This document shows positions 46,061 through 58,668 of a DNA stretch of 64,000 nucleotides, in pieces (the stretch's first letter is position 1; every line of letters starts with the position of its first letter). Source of the DNA: Macrostomum lignano (taxonomy: Eukaryota). The position numbers were made by a program, and so were the translations under genes. The stretch spans positions 248,001 to 312,000 of the forward strand of contig NIVC01001049.1 of NCBI GenBank assembly GCA_002269645.1. Reading direction: 5' to 3'. The notes under the pieces were generated by a model, which worked only from the letters and a program-made list of their open reading frames with translations, made no database searches and was not told where the DNA came from.

Positions 46061-46678
46061 CAGCATCGTCATCATGAATTAATTGGAATGCAAGAATAGA
46101 CTTAAAGATATCATGAATAACTGGGCAAATCTTCCAACTGACTCCATTGACGGCTTATCCGGCTGTGAGGTCAGTTTTCTCAGCGATCTTTGCATGCGAG
46201 GACAGAATGAAGCCAACGATGACCAGCTACTGAGGTTCATTAGACTTCCTCAACAAGACCATCTTGCTGATCATGCCAATCGCCATGCCGATGTTTGAGC
46301 ATGGAAACCGATTTGCCCGATTTGCCAAGTTGAAAAGTAGCACCGCTGACCAACTTCCATGGAACCGGATGCGAGTTCAAGAACTGTTCGTTTGTCTTCA
46401 ATCCGAAAGAGTGAACTGTCTCAATGTAACTTGACTATTGCAACATACTCAAAGTCCCTGACTAACGCTGCATACAATTAGTCTGTTAATCCTATGTTTT
46501 ATATACTCGTTTCCTGTTCCTTTTAAATAAACCGAAAACCAAGTGAACAGTTTCCGTTTAAAAAATTCCAACTAAGTCTGTGGCTTAACGGAATTTAGGC
46601 ACAATATATCTTGCCTGTGAAGTTTCCACTTAGTGCTAAGCAGGGGCGTAGCCAGGAATATTGATTGGGGGGGGCGTG

Positions 46679-47190
46679 AGTTAGGGGGCGCCAGTTTCTT
46701 ATAGAGGGGGGGGCGCCAGTTTCTTATAGAGGGGGGGGCGCCAGTTTCTTTTAGGGGGGGCGCCAGTTTCTTTTAGAGGGGGGCGCCAGTTTCTTATAGA
46801 GAGGGGGGCGCCAGTTTCTTTTAGGGGGGCCAGTTTCTTATAGGGGGGGCGCCAGTTTCTTTTAGGGGGGCGCCAGTTTCTTTTAGAGGGGGGCGCCAGT
46901 TTCTTTATAGGGGGGGGTGCCAGTTTCTTTTGGGGGGGCGCCAGTTTCTTTTAGGGGGGGGCGCCAGTTTCTTTTAGAGGGGGGGCGCCAGTTTCTTTAT
47001 AGGGGGGGCGCCAGTTTCTTATAGGGGGGGGGTGCCAGTTTCTTTTGGGGGGGCGCCAGTTTCTTTTAGAGGGGGGGGCGCCAGTTTCTTTTAGGGGGGG
47101 GGGGCGCCAGTTTCTTATAGGGGGGGGGGCGCCAGTTTCTTTTAGGGGGGGGGCGCCAGTTTCTTTTAGGGGGGGGCAGTTTTTATAGAG
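46679..47190. repeat. G-run minisatellite (g)nGCGCCAGTTTCTT(A/T)TA(GA), about 21-24 bp
   Basis: Direct tandem repeat with variable G-runs, preceded by caggggcgtagccagg. Confidence 0.93.
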
Positions 47191-47929
47191 GGGAGCAGTT
47201 TATTTAGTTTATTTTAGCAGTACAAGAAACAGTTAAAAATGTTTTGAGCACCTGCGCATGTACATGTAAAAGACCTGCCAGAAAAACCCAACCCCAGAGG
47301 CTGACTACGGAACTGTGAATTCGCCTGACTTTCGCAAGACGCAAACAGAATCATTGACGGTTGAGTTCGCGTCGGACCACAGCTGGCTTGGGGCATGTTA
47401 TACCATTTGCGCCTAATGAGAGCCAATCTCAGCGCACTTTGATCGGACTGAAAGTTGATTCTGCTAGATCCTCAGGCTGAGCAGCCACCCTCTCAGATCC
47501 TCAGGCTGAGCAGCCTCCCTCTCAGATCCTCAGGCTGAGACACACCTGTTGTGCTGAAGGCTGAATAGGCCGCGCTGTACAGTAGACCCTATGTGCGGGA
47601 GTGCATTATGAATTCTGGCCGCCATCCCGCACAAAAAGCTAATTATAGTCGGTTGGCCGTACGCGGGCAGACTTTCAAAAAATACTGGCCATACAAAAAC
47701 TGGCTTTCCAAGCAGTAAACAGTGAAAATCCAGCTGGTACAAGAGCTGCTCCAATCCGGTTGGGTCAACTTCTAGCCAAACCAGAAAACCCACAGCTGCC
47801 AATTTGCTGTCACATATCTAGAAATTTTTGACGTGAGAACAAACTGTCCTATTGGCTAGAAACACTGGGTCATTTTACAGAATCGAAGCTTCGAATTGTC
47901 GAAGACAGAAGCTGCATGTTACAATTAAA

Positions 47930-48208
47930 TAATCACAATAGTAATTAATAACTGATTACGGTACACCTGTCCCAATGAGCAGATGTGCTACCGACAGCTC
48001 AGCCGCAGCTGCGTACGGCTGTTCAGCCCAAGGACCCACCCTCAATTTCCCCAGCTAATGCTGGCACCCATTCTACAGTTGGGTAATCTGAAGCAATAGC
48101 GAGTTGAGTGCCTTGCTCAAAGCGACACAAATTGTTTCGAGTGAGTCGAGAATCGAACCCCCGACCTTTCAGTCGTGAGTCCGACGCTCTAACCACTAGG
48201 CTACAACT
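47930..48208 (-). mobile_element. tRNA-derived CORE-SINE
   Basis: Minus strand: head gttgtagcctagtggttagagcg...ggttcgattc, then tgtgtcgctttgagcaaggcactcaactc...cttcag...ctgtagaatggg, which aligns by eye with the CORE/MIR core TGTGTGACCTTGGGCAAGTCACTTAACCTC...CCTCAG...CTGTAAAATGGG. AT-rich tail. Confidence 0.78.
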
Positions 48209-49350
48209 GTAAAGTGCATGCTGTACTTTTCAGTCTCGGAACTGAACAATTCCATAACTGAAGTTAAAACAGCAAGTCTTCAAGCCTGAGAAACGACCTC
48301 AAAACAAAGCCTGCTCGATGAGTAGAGCCGATTAAGGCAACTCAACAGGTCAAATAGTTGACCAAAGAGTACCAAGGAACCAAAGCATTTATCAAGTAAA
48401 AGCGTTCCACTTTTTCAACTAGCAGCTGCTTGGTAGGTTGGCAATCCAGTAAAGTTCAGACGAAATTGCAGCTGTTCCTATCTATCTTAGTTGCAATGCC
48501 GAAATCCGGGAGGCGAGGTATTGGGAATTTAGCGCCAAACAGTGCCTGTGGTGACCAGGTCCCGAACTTTTCGAGTAGAGTTTGTATAGCTCGTACCACG
48601 CCGAAAGTTAAGGCGTCGAAAAGTGGCTGGAAGCGTATTATCCAATTATCCAAAAGCGGCTACCATGGACCGAAATTTGGAAACTTCGAGTCCCTCATCG
48701 TCGGCTTGAGCTGTATGGAATGATTTTACCAAAGCACACCCGGCATTATCTGACCAAACGGTCGCTACATGCTGGAAGCTTTCAATTCTGGAACTCCCTA
48801 ACAATTCTGCAGAATACAGCTGGCACAGAGGCTGCAACCGGCTGGACCAGTCCTTGCAAACTGGCCTTCTAAACTAGAATAACATTGCAGCAATCGCATG
48901 CGCCATACTGTACAATGCAAGGTACGACTTTGCTCAACCCACACAACGCCATCCAATTCTGTAAAAAATTCTTGAAACAGAAACAAGACAAAGGAAAGCG
49001 AGTCAATTTGTTTAAACAGAATACAGCTGCTGACTTGAAAGTGTCAGAGCCGCTTCAGACAGGTGCAGTGCTGGCACGTATTATTTTGGCTGAAGGCTGA
49101 AGGACTGTCGGAACAGAGATTCCAATACAGACTGAACTGAATTCCAGCAACATCCGCATTTCAATGGATTGTCTTGACTGGAGTTATTGCAGTTTGAATT
49201 GAATTCGGCTTGGTTAAAAATTGAAGTTGAACAGGAGCACCAGAGAGCACAGACAGGAAATGCACAGACAAAAATGCAAACAGTTGACAGCAATAGCACC
49301 AGTATCTGCTTGAATTGAAAAGCTGCAAGCAGACAAATATTGGAACGATT

Positions 49351-50562
49351 TTAGGGCCGCTGCTGTTGCACCTGTTGTTGGAGCTGCTGCACCTGCTGCT
49401 GGAGCTGCTGCACCTGTTGCTGCAGCTGCTCGACGCTCCTCGTCCGCTCGTCCAGTCCGCTCAGCAGAGTCCGCAGCTGCGAGACGCCTCCGAACCTGTC
49501 AGCCAGCTGCTCGAGCTCCATGGTGCTGTGAGCCCAGTTCGCCACGTTGACCTGCAGCTTCTTGAACTGCTCGAAGACGCTGCCGACTCGCCGCTTCACA
49601 TCGGCCACCTCGCGACCGTCGGCAGCTGTGGGGGCGGAATGTGCGGCACCGACAGAGGACTGCGGGACCGCGGCTGCTGAAAAATGAATAAAAATGTAAA
49701 ATGTGATTCAAAATCTGAATATGGCAGCCTCTGCATGACGCATCACTTTGAAAACAAATCTCACCAGGACTCTGCTGAGCTATCGCTGTGTGCTTGAGTT
49801 TCGAGTCCATGAGCTCAAGGTGAGAGTCCACGCTCTCCCTGTAGTGCCTCTCCAGATCGGACCTGCGCACCATCGCCCTGCAGCCCAGGTGAGAGTACTT
49901 GCACTCTACCGGTCTCTCGGGACACTCCGACAGGTGAGCAACATATCCCCGCCTGTCCATCGGTGTGCTCCGCTCCGAGCAGTGAGGACAGCGAGCTGAG
50001 AATCTCGGACAGCACACATCAGACTGCAGATTTCTGTGACTGGTCTCCATCTCGCTGTGTGTGACCAGCTGAGAGCACAGGTCGCAGGTCTCCTTCCTGT
50101 GGCGACACTCGCTGCTGGTGTGTCGCTGCATGTCCTTCTTCAGGATGAGCTCTTTGCACTGCTCACAGCGGAATGAGTGCCAGTCGCAGCTCTGTTGCAC
50201 ATGCTGGTCCATGCGAGCCCATTCGAGTTGGACAGAGCAGCCGGCGTCGCAGTTCGGACAGCGGACTCGCAGCTTGGCGACCTCGCGTCTCGTCGCCATG
50301 TCGGGAAAGCAGGTAGCCTGGCTCACCTCGATCTCGACCCATCGTCCCCCTCGCCTCTGAGTGTGCAGGCCTCGGTGTGTCCGGGACAGGGCCGCTTCTC
50401 CACCTCGTGCAGCAGGCCGGTGACGCAGGCCTGGCACAGGCGGCACCCGTGCGGAGTCTGTCGGGCGTTGAAGAGCGGCTTGGAGCAGCTGCTGCACTGC
50501 AGGTGAGCCGGCAGATCGGAGACCGGCCGGGCTGCCGACACACTTGAAGGCAGCTCGGACAT
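49351..50562 (-). pseudogene. TRAF-like copy 7, frameshifted in the Gly linker
   Basis: Exons 50562-49765 and 49673-49351. A deletion/frameshift at about 50335-50355 gives TGA at 50323; the rest is intact in the next frame. Confidence 0.82.
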
Positions 50563-51399
50563 GCGCAGGCTGGAGCGGCAGTTCAAATCACTTCTAGGCT
50601 TGAAATCTTGAAATGAATTTGGCTAGCGTATTTTGCAGTAAAAGCCTCTATATTTATACTGCATGCGGTACAAGTGTTCGTAAGCATTGAATTGTGTCTT
50701 ATTTCTATTGGCTAACGGTAAAACTGCACATCAGGGACTTAAAATAGATGAGCGTATAGTTTCCTGGATGCACACAAGCTGCACATTGTACTCAATTTAT
50801 ACTTACACAGGAAATTATGCCAACGCACTGGCTTATAGCAAGGAAAAAAACGAAAATCAACAACCAAGATATTGGCCGTATATTTTTGCTAAATGGCACT
50901 TGACTCATAATTTGAAAGTTGTGGTGTTAAATAAATTTGATCAAGCAGTTTGGCTTTCTAAATAACAATAAAAAGTAAAAGTTGCATCGCCTGACTTAGA
51001 GAGAGAAATGCAACTGGCCAGCGCAGAGGCCAGCTGCCGGGCCGCATGCGGAAACCAATTGAAGCGCACTGGACTGCAAGTCGGTCTCTGCACGCGGCCC
51101 GCGGAAACGCAAAGTAGAGAGGAAGACACCGTCAGACCATAAATAAGCAGGCTGTATAAAACAGGAATACATTGGTAGGCGCGGCTCTCTGTATTCAAAT
51201 CGGAATCTCTGTTGCACAATAAGAGGTGACGAAATGCCAGTTAAAAAAAACAACACCTGGAAACACCGAAAAAGCGGAAGTCACTTTCTGGCTAGAAAGG
51301 AAAATTAAAATCGCGCGAGTCTTGATTAATAATAAGTCTTGATAAGTCCTGATTGAAAAGCATGGTCCACTCTGGTGGCATGAGGCGGCTGCCAGCGGC

Positions 51400-54300
51400 T
51401 CAGGCGGAGTCCGCACTCAGCAGGTTCTCGTGGACGAACTTCTTCGTGCCGTCGGCGAAGTCGCTGACCGTGTCGCCGCTGCCGTGCAGCAGCCACTTGG
51501 TGGTCAGGAGGCCCTCAACGCCCACCGGGCCGCGGGCGTGGATGCGGCTGGTGCTGATGCCCACCTCGGCGCCTGCGGGACGGGGGAAGGCGGCTTGAGA
51601 TGATGGGAGGCTGAGTAGGGATAAGGCTGAGATGATGGGGAGGCTGAGTAGGGATAAGAGCTGAGATGATGGGGAGGTTGAGTAGGGATAAGAGCTGAGA
51701 TGATGGGGAGGTTGAGTAGGGATAAGAGCTGAGATGATGGGGAGGTTGAGTAGGGATAAGAGCTGAGATGATGGGGAGGCTGAGCAGGGACAAGAGCTGA
51801 GATGATGGAGAATGGACAATAGTGCGGAATAGATTTGATGAAGAATAATTCGACAGACAGGTGAAGACCTGGGAGAACAACAGAGCTGAGCTGTGGCAAG
51901 CAGCTGGAGAGACAATAGAGACTGAAGTTCGGTCTCCCCTCAGCTCTCAGAAGGGTAGAAAAAGCAGAAGTTTTTGACAACATTTTGAAAACAAAAAAAC
52001 GAAGTTAGTCATGTGTTTTTAGGCTAAACAAATAATTACGATCACACAAAGACAGGAGTAGAGGCCGTAAGCTAGGCAGTATCAAATAGAATTTGCCTAT
52101 TATTTAACGCACTGCAACAGGTATGCTGACGCACGCAATATATAGGTATGCATAACTAACACCTGGTCTGTTACGTGACCTCTCCAGACGCGCCCAAAAC
52201 TCACCCAGTCCAAAGCGGTAGCCGTCGGAGAAGCGGGTGCTGCAGTTGTGGAAGGCGCAGGCGCTGTCCACGTTGGCCAGGAAGGTGTTGACGCTGGGTT
52301 CTGGGGGGGGGGGTAATCACGGCTTTGATTACTGTGGTGAGCGCGGAATCAACAATGTTCACACATTTCACCATCGTGCACAGATCCGGCACTCGTTCAA
52401 ATTTTATTAAATGTTCTCAGGAAAATTTACACATCACCCACAGAAATCACACATTTCCTAAAAAACTCGAATTCAAACAAAAGAGATTCACAAAAGTATT
52501 CACGCATTAAGCACACTATTCACACATTAATCAAATTATTCACGCATTAAGCACACTATTCACACAATACCACACTATTCACACAATAATCAAATTATTC
52601 ACAAATTAAGCACACTATTCACACAATACCACACTATTCACACATTAATCAAATTATTCACACATTAAGCACACTATTCACACAATACCACACTATTCAC
52701 ACAATACCACGCTATTCACACATTAACCACACTATTCACACATTAACCACACTATTCACACACTCCCTCACCGTTCTCAGACACGATGGAGTCGGTGTGG
52801 TGGCTGCCGTAGGTGTTGATGTGGTCCACAGCCTCCGCCACGCCGGACACGATCTCGATGCAGCACTCCAGGCTGCTGTACTCCGTGCGCAGCGAGACGG
52901 CCGGCGACGGGCCGAAGCGGATCTTCTTGGCCAGCCTGGGCCCGGTGTTAACCTTCACCTGTGACAGGTGGGGGCGGGGGGTGAAACAGGTGTCTGAGCG
53001 ATCCGCCAATACGCCAACTGAATCAGAGATGTTGAGCCAGGATAAGCACGGATCCCTGTTCTATATTCAGGTGTGACATCACTGATCCTTGTAAGCGGTG
53101 AGTGGCTAAAACCATGATAAGAAACGGATAAACATCTGGTCTGCTGGCTGCCCTAAAGCGCTTGATAATTTACATCCTGAATGCAGACAGTTTTATAACT
53201 TAGAGTTTGTCAAGACTTCAGCATCAAGGATGCACTATAGTCAGCAGTAAACCAACCCTCCATGAATTATGCATTGTAATTCGCTCTCCTGGGAGCTCCA
53301 ATTTTACTTCTTGATGGTTATTAAAATATAGGATGTGGGGAAGTGGGGTGGAGGGTGGGGAATGTGGGGTGGAGAGGGTGGGGAAAGTGGAGGGAGGGTG
53401 GGGAAAGTGGAGGGAGAGTGGGGAATGCGGATTGGAGGGTGGGGAATGTGGGGTGAAGAGGGTGGGGAAAGTGGGGTGGAGAGGGTGGGGAAAGTGAAGG
53501 GAGGGTGGGGAATGCGGATTGGAGGGTTGGGAATGTGGGGTGGAGGGTGGGGAATGTGGGGCGGAGGGTTGGGAATGTGGGATTAAGGGAGGGGGATGAG
53601 ACAGAGGCAGCAGGTAGGACAGCAATAAATCTCAGGCCATAGCAACCAGAGCTCGGGCAACTCTCACATCACGAGACCTGAGCGCGTCGAACAGCTCATC
53701 AAAGAAGCCGCTCTTCAGGTGGCTCTCGTGCAGCAGCACGGTCTCCATGGCGTTGCACGCTGCCGGGTAGTCGCACTTGGAGTCCAGCACTGCGGGAATG
53801 GCCAATGACGCCAAGTAATGTTACGAATCTCATAAATGCTAGAGGGCTAAGTACCCAGGTTTAATTCCTCGCGGCCACTGTACACCTGTATGAGCTGGGC
53901 GCAACTATCCAATTAGATGCGTGGGCGTGAGTGCCAAGGGGTTCTCGCTGAGTGCGAGTGCACCAACTACTAACTAAACCGAATGCCAAACAGCCGCGTG
54001 GGCTGGAAAATTGGTGCATTTTTGGTACAAACAAATTGTTTGTGTGGGCCGGGGTGCTGTAAGGACTAAAAATAACCCGAGTCACATTCCACAGGAAATT
54101 CCGCAGCGGTGAAAAACTCACCAACTCGGAGCGCCTTCTCCTTGTCCGCCAGCTCGTCGATGTAGACGTGGCAGACTCCGTCGCTGTGGCCCAGCACGGG
54201 GATGCCCACGCTCTGCCGCTGGATGTCGCGGATCATCTGGGCGGAGCCGCGCGGAATCACCAGGTCAACGTGCTCGCCCATGGCCAGCAGGTCGGACACC

Positions 54301-56390
54301 TGCTCCCGGCCGCCCACCAGCCCGACCAGGCGGGGACTCAGGCCGTGGGCGCGGACCGCCTCCTCCACCAGGCGGTGCAGGGCGCCGTTCGTCTGCTGGG
54401 CCTCGCTGCCGCCCTTGAGCAGCAGGCCGTTGCCGCTGGCGATGCTGAGGGCGGCCACCTGGCGGATTGGGGGACGGGGGGGGGAGCGCACAAGCTGGAG
54501 TACCTAGTCTCCTGCCTCTTGTCTCTTGTACACCTTGTTCTCTATCTTGTACGAGTCAACGCGGTAAACTCGGCCAGTCGAAGACGGTTTTAAATGCACA
54601 GTTACTAATTAAAATTTTTTCGTAAATACTTGAAGACCTACGTGACAAAGCGAGGCTTTTAAAAAGTCTTGACACAATAGCTAAAAATTCATGACGTGAC
54701 TCAAGCGGTGCATTAAAGGGCGAAGATAAAATAAGGTGAAACAAGCTGAGCTAAAATGAAACAAAAATTATACTGAAATCAGTCGGATGTACTACTGATA
54801 GTAGGCAGAATTGATTGCGAGCAAATGGTTGCTATGAACCTTAAGTCAGCTACTCGCTGAACCCCCCAGCTCAGCTACCCGCTGAACCCCCCAGCTCAGC
54901 TACCAGCTGAACCCCCCAGCTCAGCTACCAGCTGAACCCCCCCCAGCTCAGCTACCAGCTGAACCCCCCAGCTCAGCTACCCGCTGAACCCCCCCCCCCA
55001 GCTCAGCTACCCGCTGAACCCCCCCCCAGCTCAGCTACCCGCTGAACCCCCCCCCAGCTCAGCTACCCGCTGAACCCCCCAGCTCAGCTACCCGCTGAAC
55101 CCCCCAGCTCAGCTACCCGCTGAACCCCAGCTCAGCTACCCGCTGAACCCCCCAGCTCAGCTACCCGCTGAACCCCCCCCAGCTCAGCTACCCGCTGAAC
55201 CCCCCAACTCAGCTACTCGCTGAACCTCCCAGCTCAGCTACTCGCTGAACCCCCCAGCTCAGCTACCCGCTGAACCCCCCAGCTCAGCTACTCGCTGAAC
55301 CCCCCAGCTCAGCTACTCGCTGAACCCCCCAGCTCAGCTACTCGCTGAACCCCCAGCTCAGCTACTCGCTGAACCCCCAGCTCAGCTACCCGCTGAACCC
55401 CCCCCAGCTCAGCTACCGCTGAACCCCCAACTCAGCTACTCGCTGAACCTCCCAGCTCAGCTACTCGCTGAACCCCCCAGCTCAGCTACCCGCTGAACCC
55501 CCCAGCTCAGCTACTCGCTGAACCCCCCAGCTCAGCTACTCGCTGAACCCCCCAGCTCAGCTACTCGCTGAACCCCCCAGCTCAGCTACTCGCTGAACCC
55601 CCCCAGCTCAGCTACCCGCTGAACCCCCAGCTCAGCTACCCGCTAAACCCCATCTCAGCTACCTGCGGCAGGCAGTCGGGCCTGGACTCGAAGATGACCA
55701 GCAGCACTCCGATCGGCACGGTCACCTGCTCCAGCTTGAGCCCCTCGGCCAGTTTGGTGCGGCGCAGCACGCGGCCCAGCAGACCGGGGCAGGAGTCGGC
55801 GATCTGCCGCAGCCCGTCGGCCAGCACCTGCAGCTTCTCAGGCGTGAGCTTCAGCCTAGCCAGCAGGTGCGGGCTGAGGTCGGCAGCGCTGCTCAGATCC
55901 TGATTGTTGGCCAGCAGGATTTCCGCCTGCTGCTCGATCTGCAAAGTGGCATGGGGGGGGGGTTTCTAGCTGAAAGGCCAGCAGCTTAAGGGAATGCCAG
56001 ACGACTGCTTTAACTTACCAGCAGGTCGGCCAGCTTCCTGATGATGCTGGCCCGGACATCGGCTGGCATGGCCTGCAGCTGATGACTGGCGCACCGCGCC
56101 TCCCACGCCTGCTGCTCCACGCCGACGCCCTCGGGTGGCGCCAGAGTGAAGAAGGTGCCGACCTTCTTGCCTTCCAGCACGCTGGGGATGACATTTTCCT
56201 CCGTGCCCTCGCAGATGACCACAGAGGTGCCCTTGCGGACGGCCCACTGGGCGGCCTTCACCTTGGACTCCATGCCGCCCGTCCCGACCCGGGACTTGCT
56301 GCCGAACTGCAGCCTGGCGCCGTCGAAGTCCGGATTGAAGGTGTACAGCAGGCGGGAGTCCTCGCGGTCTGGCGGCGAGGTGTACAGGCC
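51400..56390 (-). CDS. ALDH18A1: Delta-1-pyrroline-5-carboxylate synthase (glutamate 5-kinase C-terminus + gamma-glutamyl phosphate reductase), 3' seven exons; 5' exons lie outside the window
   Basis: Exons 56390-56019, 55938-55663, 54458-54122, 53789-53668, 52958-52772, 52300-52205 and 51572-51400, all phases consistent. Motifs [89 protein letters not shown]. Confidence 0.95.
51597..51810. repeat. Intronic minisatellite, about 34-bp unit atgatggggaggttgagtagggataagagctgag
   Basis: Direct repeat next to the last P5CS acceptor. Confidence 0.9.
52495..52760. repeat. Intronic minisatellite with cacactattcaca core
   Basis: Direct repeats of variable unit length. Confidence 0.88.
53335..53585. 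repeat. Intronic G-rich repeat (gggtggggaatgtggggtgga variants)
   Basis: Repeated G3-G4 runs. Confidence 0.85.
54843..55660. repeat. Intronic minisatellite cagctcagctac(c/t)cgctgaa(c)n, about 24-29 bp
   Basis: Direct repeat with variable C-run, reaching the splice donor at 55662. Confidence 0.95.
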
Positions 56391-58080
56391 CTGCGGAAAT
56401 GGGAGTCGGATAGGGGTAGCTGAGTAGCTAATAGTGGGTAGCTGAGTGTTCGTTTTTTGGGACGAGTAAGAAAATTGATCGAGTCTCAGCCTTTAGCTTA
56501 ACTCTGCAGACACTTGGTCTTTTCAATTATATTTTGGTAACTCTTTAAGCCACCGAATTGAACTGTACAAATGTCCATAGACATCAATAGGATTCTCAGC
56601 CGTTGACGGCTACTAAGCAAAGTGCATTCTCTAATAAATAAAAGTTCATCACAGTGCTAACACTCCTTCCCATTAGTTAACAGCTAGGTAGGTACACCAA
56701 GCTTGCGGTACTCAAGTCGCCTTGGTACTTGCCGATGGCGATTACTTCTCCGAAGACCAGACTCTTGATCCGTGTGCACATGTTCTTCAGTCTCCATCTC
56801 CACCAGGTCATCGGAACCGGAACTCCTTGGCTTTGTCTGTTCACGATGGTAGCGTCCACGCCTTCCGTCCTCCAGCTCAACGTCGACCACAACCTTTCCC
56901 TCTGTTGCCACCACTTCGCCAGACTTCCACTTTGTCATCTCGTTGTTGTAGGTTTTCACCTAGACTGGCTCACGTGCCAGAGCCCGACCGGAAATAATTG
57001 TTCTTTAAATGCGTCAAATAGCACATAAAAAATGAATTGGGGGGAATCCCAAAATAACTGTCGAAACGACACGAAATTTGTGAGAATCGACAATTGGTGG
57101 CACAGCTTGGCACAAATATAACTGTGCCAAGCTGTGCCAATTGGCACATGTGACACAATTAAGAATCAAATTTTTAATTGTGCACTGCTGTGCCACAACT
57201 GTGCCACAACTGTGCCAGTTGTCTCAGCTATTTTTGAGTGCTTATAATTGTGCACAACTGTGCCATAAATGTACCATTTGGCACCATACGAGTAAATGTG
57301 CAGCTAGAAGCAGTTAAACTAGCGCGTACTGTGCCATTTGGCGTAAATTCTCCAGACGAGTGAATTTGCAGTTTAAAGCAGTTGAACTAAGCGCATAATA
57401 TGCTATCTGATGCTGTTATAGTTGACCCGTTAGTCAACTACGAGTTATGAAGTGTATGAAGTAGCTAAGATTTGCGAGAAGTCCTTCTCATGTTTAAATG
57501 AGGGAAGACAAATTGAAAAGAGTTGTCAATGTAAATTAAACTTTAAAATAATGTTGAGCGCGAACATAAACAGATTAAAACAGTTGGAAAAAGGGATGTT
57601 GCATAAATACGTATATATTTAATGGGAAGTAGCAAATAGGACAAAAAATATGTATAAAACAGGAAAAAGGGGAGGCTGCGGAATTAAAAAATGCATACTA
57701 GAAGTTAACGGAAAGAAACATAACAGACAGCGGACATTGGACAGGAAACAAAAAACAACGTAATTAAAAAGCGCGGTGCATGAAAATTGTGGTGCCAGCC
57801 AAAGAGTTTGCACTTCTAATACATTGAAACTAAAACATGCAATGTAACAAATTAACTACTGAGTCGACTACACGTGGCACAGGATTTTAATGTAACAACA
57901 TGTATACATCTAATGTATTAATTTAAAAAGCACAAACAAACAACTAGATAAAAAACAAGCAATTAGTGAAACCAACTCCAATACCTCTGTTCCCCTATAC
58001 TTTTCTAGTTAGACAACAAGTCTGATTCCTGGTGCTATTGTAATTTACGAGTCTGGAAATAACTATAGTAATGTAGTTGG

Positions 58081-58600
58081 TTACTTTATGTGGGAAAGAG
58101 CATATTTCCAGGGGAAAACAAAACCAGAAACATGAGGGAGACAGACCAAGCTAGACGGGTCCCGCATCTGCCAAACAAGTTTAGTTTTGCTAGATGCAAC
58201 AGCAGATATCCCGCGCTCAGTCCTCGCGAGTGCATTAGCCGCCTCCGACTGCACAGTGTCAGTGACATTGGCAGCCGCACCTTGACGAAGTTTCTTTACA
58301 GGCAAACGTCCGGATTGCTTTTCACGCCGAATGACGGTGATGGAGCATCGGACGTAGGCCTTTTCAATCGCTTTCATTGGTTGGGATGTCGATTCCAGCC
58401 AGGTAGCAGGCGTGGCCGACCAGGCTCAGTAGCGCGACCGCTCAACGACGTTACCAAAATCTCGTCGTCGCTGAAGCACCCCCGCACCATCTCGCGGAGA
58501 AGTGCATTGAGGTTGGCCGGAGTCGTTGGTTCTTGATATATCCTTACTGGCCATGACCCTGGTCCGAGCGACGTTGGACGTAAAGGCGAAACCGATTGGC
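58081..58600 (-). pseudogene. BEN-domain-like coding remnant inside the CACTA-like element
   Basis: Minus-strand frame NALLREMVRGCFSDDEILVTSLSGRATEPGRPRLLP, then shifted MKAIEKAYV...IRRE, resembles the BEN pattern (L-x-x-LFS-x-EE...S-x-x-G...LDP...AI). Confidence 0.5.
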
Positions 58601-58668
58601 TGCAGAGGTGTTTTTTAAGGATTGAAGAGCGTTTGAGAGTAACAATAGGATATTTGCGCGATCATAAA

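Noticed and set aside
47462-47540. Three copies of a 27-bp unit containing ctcag-g-ctgag
   Set aside because: Too short and without context; treated as an ordinary small tandem repeat.
48143-48208. Functional tRNA gene
   Set aside because: Acceptor and anticodon stems are imperfect and it continues directly into a CORE-like body, so it is a SINE head.
48430-49300. Several 60-97 aa ORFs in the spacer before copy 7
   Set aside because: No recognisable motifs, splice structure or paralogs.
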